64,000 nucleotides of DNA from Anaerolineae bacterium (GTDB taxonomy: Bacteria > Chloroflexota > Anaerolineae > S140-20): contig JALUTT010000132.1 of the NCBI GenBank assembly GCA_027021705.1, positions 26,727 through 90,726 of the forward strand, in the 5' to 3' direction. The position numbers were made by a program, and so were the translations under genes. How positions within the stretch are numbered: position 1 is the stretch's first letter; each line of letters opens with the position of its first letter. Shown here piece after piece: positions 59,021 through 64,000 of this stretch. The notes under the pieces are model-generated. The model had not been told where the DNA came from. It searched no databases and worked only from the letters and a program-made list of their open reading frames with translations.

Positions 59021-60179
59021 CTTTTACCGGCAACCCGGCGGTGAATGGGCTGCTGTAAAGGCCCAGATATCCCTATTGCGTGAGCGCGGGCATGAAGTGA
59101 TCGTTTACACGCGGGATAGCGCCGAAATCGAACGTTATAGATTGTGGCAGAAGGTGGCTTTCTTTCCGGCAACGGTGTTTTCCCGTCGGACTTATAGAGA
59201 GGTCCGAGATGTGATAGCCCGCGAGCGTCCTGACGTGGCGCATGTCCACAATGTCTTTCCACTGATCTCGCCCGCAGTTTATCGGGCGCTCAAAGAGAGC
59301 GGAGTGCCTATCGTCCAGACGGTGCATAACTTTCGCTTTTTGTGCCCGAACGCGCTTTTCTATACCCACGGGCGGGTTTGCGAACGTTGCAAATACGGCA
59401 ATATCCTCCACGCTGTGCGGTGGAAATGTTACCGGCGGAGTTACATCCTCAGCGCCCTCTATGCATTGACCATCGGATTGCACCGCCGTTGGGGCACTTT
59501 CGGAATGATTGACCGGTTTATTGCACTTACAGGATTCACCGCCTGGAAATTGGTGGAAAGCGGCTTGGCGACGCCTGACAAGGTCTCGATATTGGGGAAT
59601 TTTCTGCCCGATCCCTTGCCTGAGCCGGGATCTTTTGAAAAGCGAGAGTCATACGCGGTATACCTGGGCCGGTTGTCGCCCGAAAAGGGGGTTGAGGTTC
59701 TGTTGGAAGCTGTAGATGGGCTGCCCAATCTCAAGGTGAAGGTGGCGGGTGATGGCCCCCAGGCCGGGGCTTTACGGGAGTTGGCCCGACAGCGGGGGCT
59801 GCATCAATTGGAGTTCTTGGGGCGGGTGGTTGGAAAGGGAAAATGGGATCTGCTACGCGAGGCGATGGCAGTGGTAGTGCCGTCGGTGTGTTATGAGAAC
59901 TTCCCTTTTGTAGCACTGGAGAGCCTGGCCGTGGGCACGCCGGTGGTGGTCTCTAATCTGGGGAGCTTGCCTTACATTGTAGAGGATAGTAAAAGCGGAT
60001 TGCTATTTCGCCCTGGGGATGCGCAAGATTTGCGGCAAAAACTGGCTTGGTTGTCGGAACATTCCGAAAAAGCGTTGGCAATGGGGAGATATGGACGGGA
60101 TAAAGTGGGGAAGCGTTTTTCGGCCCTGGCCCATTATGAAACTCTCAGGGATATCTATGCGGAGGTGGTAGCGGGATGA
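58977..60179 (+). CDS. Glycosyltransferase family 4
   Basis: HN.Y...GGE, HVHN.FP, GRLSPEKG, YENFP...LE. Confidence 0.9.
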   Translation: MREAGKLPRILLVHNFYRQPGGEWAAVKAQISLLRERGHEVIVYTRDSAEIERYRLWQKVAFFPATVFSRRTYREVRDVIARERPDVAHVHNVFPLISPAVYRALKESGVPIVQTVHNFRFLCPNALFYTHGRVCERCKYGNILHAVRWKCYRRSYILSALYALTIGLHRRWGTFGMIDRFIALTGFTAWKLVESGLATPDKVSILGNFLPDPLPEPGSFEKRESYAVYLGRLSPEKGVEVLLEAVDGLPNLKVKVAGDGPQAGALRELARQRGLHQLEFLGRVVGKGKWDLLREAMAVVVPSVCYENFPFVALESLAVGTPVVVSNLGSLPYIVEDSKSGLLFRPGDAQDLRQKLAWLSEHSEKALAMGRYGRDKVGKRFSALAHYETLRDIYAEVVAG

Positions 60180-62437
60180 ACGATGCCCGCCGTATGTTCA
60201 AGGCAAAATGGCAAGCCAATATGTTGATTCTATTGCTTGTCGTTGTCGTCTTTGTGCGTTACCTCGATGCGAAGGCCAGGCCAATTTTCTTTCTGGATGA
60301 GTCCGCTTACTTGGCTCGAGGGGTGGCTATTGTGGAGGAGGGCAAGGTCCCTCCACTATCTCTGAGTCCAGGTGTTTCTCTCGTTCACGCCCTCAGCTAT
60401 ATGTTCCTGCGACAAAATCCTATGGGGATGGATCTCTCCGGGAGAGTAACGGCCTTTCTCGGCGGCTTCATTCTATATGGGATGTTCTATCTTGCCATTT
60501 CAAGAGCGTTGGGGCCTCAATGGGGAATGGTAGCGGTAGGAATGGGGTTGCTTTATCTCCCTGTGTACACCCTGGACGGGAATTCATCGGATTTACTTTA
60601 TGCCGTAATGTTAAGCGTACTCCTGGTGCTTCTGACAGGGATGGAGGAAATCCGTATCCTGTCGTGGCGCATGGTGACTTGCCTTTCTTTTAGCACGGCG
60701 ATTGCCACGTTGATGCGCAACGATGGACTGGTGATCTTTGTGGGATTGACACTCGCACTATGGCTACACGTGCGCCGTCCTTTTGAACACCTCCTCTATC
60801 GAACCTTGAAGTTCACTATTCACTGGTTAGCACCCTTTGCCGGTATTATCCTCGTAATGGGGCTTCTGAGCTGGAAAACGACGGGAACCTTCGAGATCCT
60901 GCCAGAGGCGAGGACCTACACCGCTTTTGAGCAAGGTGCTGGCCTGGTCAGGCGGTTCGACCTGGTTGAAGAGGGTAGGAATCCGTGGATAGAGGGGGGG
61001 CGAATAGCGGCGGAAATATACGGCTCTAGAGAAGAAAACAGAGGCAGTGCCTTGCTGGCCTTGATAAGACATCCTCGGGCTTGGTTGCGACGTGTAGTGT
61101 GGAATCTACGGGATTTCTTTCTCCGGTGGTTCGAGGCGCATAACGGTCGTCTCAGCACAGTAACTTTGCTCTTGTCTTTGATGGGTTGGATAGGGATATT
61201 TGCTCGTCGCAAGGTCTTCTTGGCAGCCTCCATTGGTGCCTTATTGCTGCCCACGGCAGCATATTTTTTCCTCACTTTCTGGAGGGGGGGATATGTGGTG
61301 ATGTATTCACCGCTTATTCTATACCTGAACGTTTATGCCCTTGCTACGCTGGCCGAGTCCCCCTTGCAATTCTCTAGAAAGGGTAAGATTCTTGTGGGAA
61401 CCTCGATAGCGATTTTGGGGATATCGCTGGTAGGGATTGTAGCCTGGCACAGTGAATATATTTACGGCTACAAGGGATTGATCGAGGGGGGAATCGGCCT
61501 GTCGGAGATACTGGGCGGCATCGCTATCTGGATATTTATTATGAGATGGCTTTTGGCTTCTGACTGGGCATCCTATGGGATCTGGGGCACTATAAGTGTC
61601 GCCTTTATTCTGGGCATATGGTTAGCCAATAGCGGGGATATCTTCACTCTGGCTCTTTCGGACAAGACTCAAGCTCGACGGGAAGCTCAATTAGAAAGTC
61701 AGAAGTCGCTTCGGGATTACATATATTTCTCTTTCGAGCACCTGCGGGGAACACGAGTTTGTACACACGATCCATCATTACCCTGGTACGCTCGCCAGCA
61801 GCCGGTTGTGCTTTATGAGCTTTTTGACCCCTCGATGCGCCGAAACGTGATGGCTTTAATCCGTTTGATGGCGGATAGAGATTGCGAATATTTACTATGG
61901 CGATGGGGGAACTTGGATTTGGAGGGCGTACTGGAACCCGTCTTCTCGGAAGATGGAATCACTTTATTGAAATTGAAGGGCACCAGCTTGAAAGAAGGCG
62001 AAGAAATCGTACTAGAAGATTTTGAGGAGGGAACCACAGAGAGTTGGTCTGCCTTTGGATGGAATAATGTGGAGGGAGAATTTAGAGCCTCAAAAGGGGT
62101 GCTCATCCTCGCCTATGAGAATAATTTGACCCAAAAGGACGTTTATGCTTATATTTTCACTCCCAGAGAGCCCGTAGCAGCGGTCTCGGTGATAAAAATG
62201 CGGGTGCGAGTTTCCTCCGGCACTCGCTTAACAGTAGATGTGATAAGAAATGGGGAGTTGGTTAGCCCCCGTTTCCTGAATTACTATCCGGGAACCGGGG
62301 ATTGGGAAGAGATCATCATCCCTGTGGGCGGGGTTTTGAACTCTTTAACCATTGGCATTGGGGAGTCAGGCGAAGGAAGTACAACGCCTGCTTATCGGGT
62401 TGAGATTGATTGGATTAAAGCTATCGTGGGACAATGA
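60176..62437 (+). CDS. Multi-TM GT-C-like (ArnT/PMT-type) membrane protein with C-terminal extracellular domain
   Basis: DE motif after TM1 (LDESAY), many TM helices, beta-rich C-terminus. Confidence 0.6.
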   Translation: MNDARRMFKAKWQANMLILLLVVVVFVRYLDAKARPIFFLDESAYLARGVAIVEEGKVPPLSLSPGVSLVHALSYMFLRQNPMGMDLSGRVTAFLGGFILYGMFYLAISRALGPQWGMVAVGMGLLYLPVYTLDGNSSDLLYAVMLSVLLVLLTGMEEIRILSWRMVTCLSFSTAIATLMRNDGLVIFVGLTLALWLHVRRPFEHLLYRTLKFTIHWLAPFAGIILVMGLLSWKTTGTFEILPEARTYTAFEQGAGLVRRFDLVEEGRNPWIEGGRIAAEIYGSREENRGSALLALIRHPRAWLRRVVWNLRDFFLRWFEAHNGRLSTVTLLLSLMGWIGIFARRKVFLAASIGALLLPTAAYFFLTFWRGGYVVMYSPLILYLNVYALATLAESPLQFSRKGKILVGTSIAILGISLVGIVAWHSEYIYGYKGLIEGGIGLSEILGGIAIWIFIMRWLLASDWASYGIWGTISVAFILGIWLANSGDIFTLALSDKTQARREAQLESQKSLRDYIYFSFEHLRGTRVCTHDPSLPWYARQQPVVLYELFDPSMRRNVMALIRLMADRDCEYLLWRWGNLDLEGVLEPVFSEDGITLLKLKGTSLKEGEEIVLEDFEEGTTESWSAFGWNNVEGEFRASKGVLILAYENNLTQKDVYAYIFTPREPVAAVSVIKMRVRVSSGTRLTVDVIRNGELVSPRFLNYYPGTGDWEEIIIPVGGVLNSLTIGIGESGEGSTTPAYRVEIDWIKAIVGQ

Positions 62438-62578
62438 ATTGGACTTTGGACAAAGTTAGCGCTGAGCGTCTGGCCCACTTGACAAAAGGGAGGAACTGCG
62501 GCAAGGTTAGGGTGCTATGGAACAGTGCCCTTCCCTTGCGCAGTTCCAAGCACAATTATACCTTGACATTGTTAGATT

Positions 62579-64000
62579 TCAAGCTGGGTCGCGGCTTCGA
62601 TGCCGGGCCCTCAAGCGGCTGCTCGTTGAACGAGAGCGGTTGACCAGGTGCTTGACTACCAAGCGGGTGGCCTCCTCCGGCGACAACTGCTTCAAAGGCA
62701 AGACAGCCCGCAACATCTCACGCACATTGGCCATGGACAGGGTCGGCAACACCTCGACCTGGAGTTGCTCGATCAGTTCAGGGTCGCGGGGATAGGCCTG
62801 AGCCCAGTCCAGCTTGGTTTCAGCGATGAACCACAAGGCCAGGGCATCCAAAGCGGTGTGGTGCATCCAGGCCCGGTATTTCCGAGCCACCAATTCGTCC
62901 CAGCCGGCTTCCGACTTGGCATCCTGGAAGATGCGTTCTGCAAAGTAGCGTTGAGAGCGCCACAGGGCGAGTTGTTTCAGCGGGGTTTCGCGGGGGGCGT
63001 TGCTCAAGGAGAAGCTGAAGGTGTCATCGTGTTCCTGCCGGATGAAAAGCCACTCCTCTAGGACTTGTCCCTTTTCGGTAACGGTCCACACCCTCCGGGC
63101 GGTGCATCGATAGGTCAAAAGGCCCCGCTCGGTATGACGAACCGCAACTCGATGCCAGACGGTGTCCGAGAGGGAGACCAACTGACGCACCGGAACAGGC
63201 CGGACACCGTTCAACACCCGGAGTTGCGAGAAGGGACGACCACGCTTTCCGGGTGGCGTCTCCGGGATGCCGACGACGGGCTTCTCCAGGTAGACCTGGG
63301 TGTCCTCCGGAATATCGGCTATGTAGATCACCCCTTCGGCCTTCAAATCGGCTCGAAATTGGCCATCTCGCCCGTAGAGGCTATCGCAGCCCACGACGGC
63401 GAAGGGGAGCCCCTTGGCTTTGGCATGTCGGATCATCTCCAGGCCTATCTCCGGCTTGGTCCTAAAGACACGATCTTCGGGAATATGCCAGCGTCGGCGC
63501 AGTTCGGCGTAATCATCGCCGAACCAGACCTTGGGCAGGTACAGTTCGGCATCTACCAGGGCCCAGATGCCATCCTTATAGTAGCCCAATCCCACCCCCA
63601 CCTGCCCCAGGTCTACCTTGCCCAGACGGCCCAGGTATTGGCGAGCAGCCCCCGCTTTCTGCGGCCCGGAGCACTTGTCGCCGCTCTCATCCAGGGTCAG
63701 CATGCCGCCCTGAAGCTCGGGGCGCTCTCGTATTTCGGCCTGGATGCGATCGAAGACCGCCTGAGAAGACCAGGGCGAATCCGACATGAACTGTTGCAGG
63801 TTCTGGCCGTCATCGTCGGGAGCGATGACCCGACGGGCTATGTTGGCGAAGTTGCGCCGGGTTTCCATAGTGAGCAACCCTCGCAGGTACACCAGGGCAT
63901 ATTGGCTGGTGTCTCGTGTTTTGGTCTTGAAGCAGTCCCGAAAGCGGGACCAAAGCCGCCGCAGACGATCGGCTAGGTCGGCCACGGCCTCGGTCGGCAA
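62579..64000 (-). mobile_element. IS701-family DDE transposase (5' end at or beyond the window edge)
   Basis: LQQFMSDSPW, LDESG..K.G..AG.ARQY.G.LGK, DSLYG, ERIFQDAK.E.G. Confidence 0.9.

Overview
High-GC bacterial chromosomal window. Gene content (Pro/Thr linkers, FLPLV motif, yidD-PQQ-yidC order, many small TA genes) suggests Chloroflexota/Anaerolineae, which is an inference. Left part: a Ser/Thr kinase-PP2C-J/VWA-FHA signalling operon, housekeeping genes (argS, dcd, pncB, rnhB, rmlD, trmD, aconitase-family large subunit, yqeB, hemW) and the rpmH-rnpA-yidD-(PQQ lipoprotein)-yidC-jag-pfkB-brnTA-parAB cluster with no dnaA. Centre: a three-gene operon of an XPB helicase plus two large partners resembling TFIIH p52/Tfb2, then tRNA-Leu(CAA) and a family-4 UDG. 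Right part: a surface-polysaccharide locus (wzz ... wzx, wzy-like, glycosyltransferases, three methyltransferases; visibly lower GC from about 51 kb). It is split by a block of repeat-variable coiled-coil nuclease paralogs, an LTD/phospholipase D protein and a duplicated, decaying toxin-antitoxin cluster, and it ends at an IS701 transposase. Non-coding highlight: a ~120-bp MITE in three copies, each with a perfect 8-bp target-site duplication and IS66-like ends, whose palindromic arms also occur in a free REP-like element (two copies). Family assignments come from motif recognition only; no searches were run.
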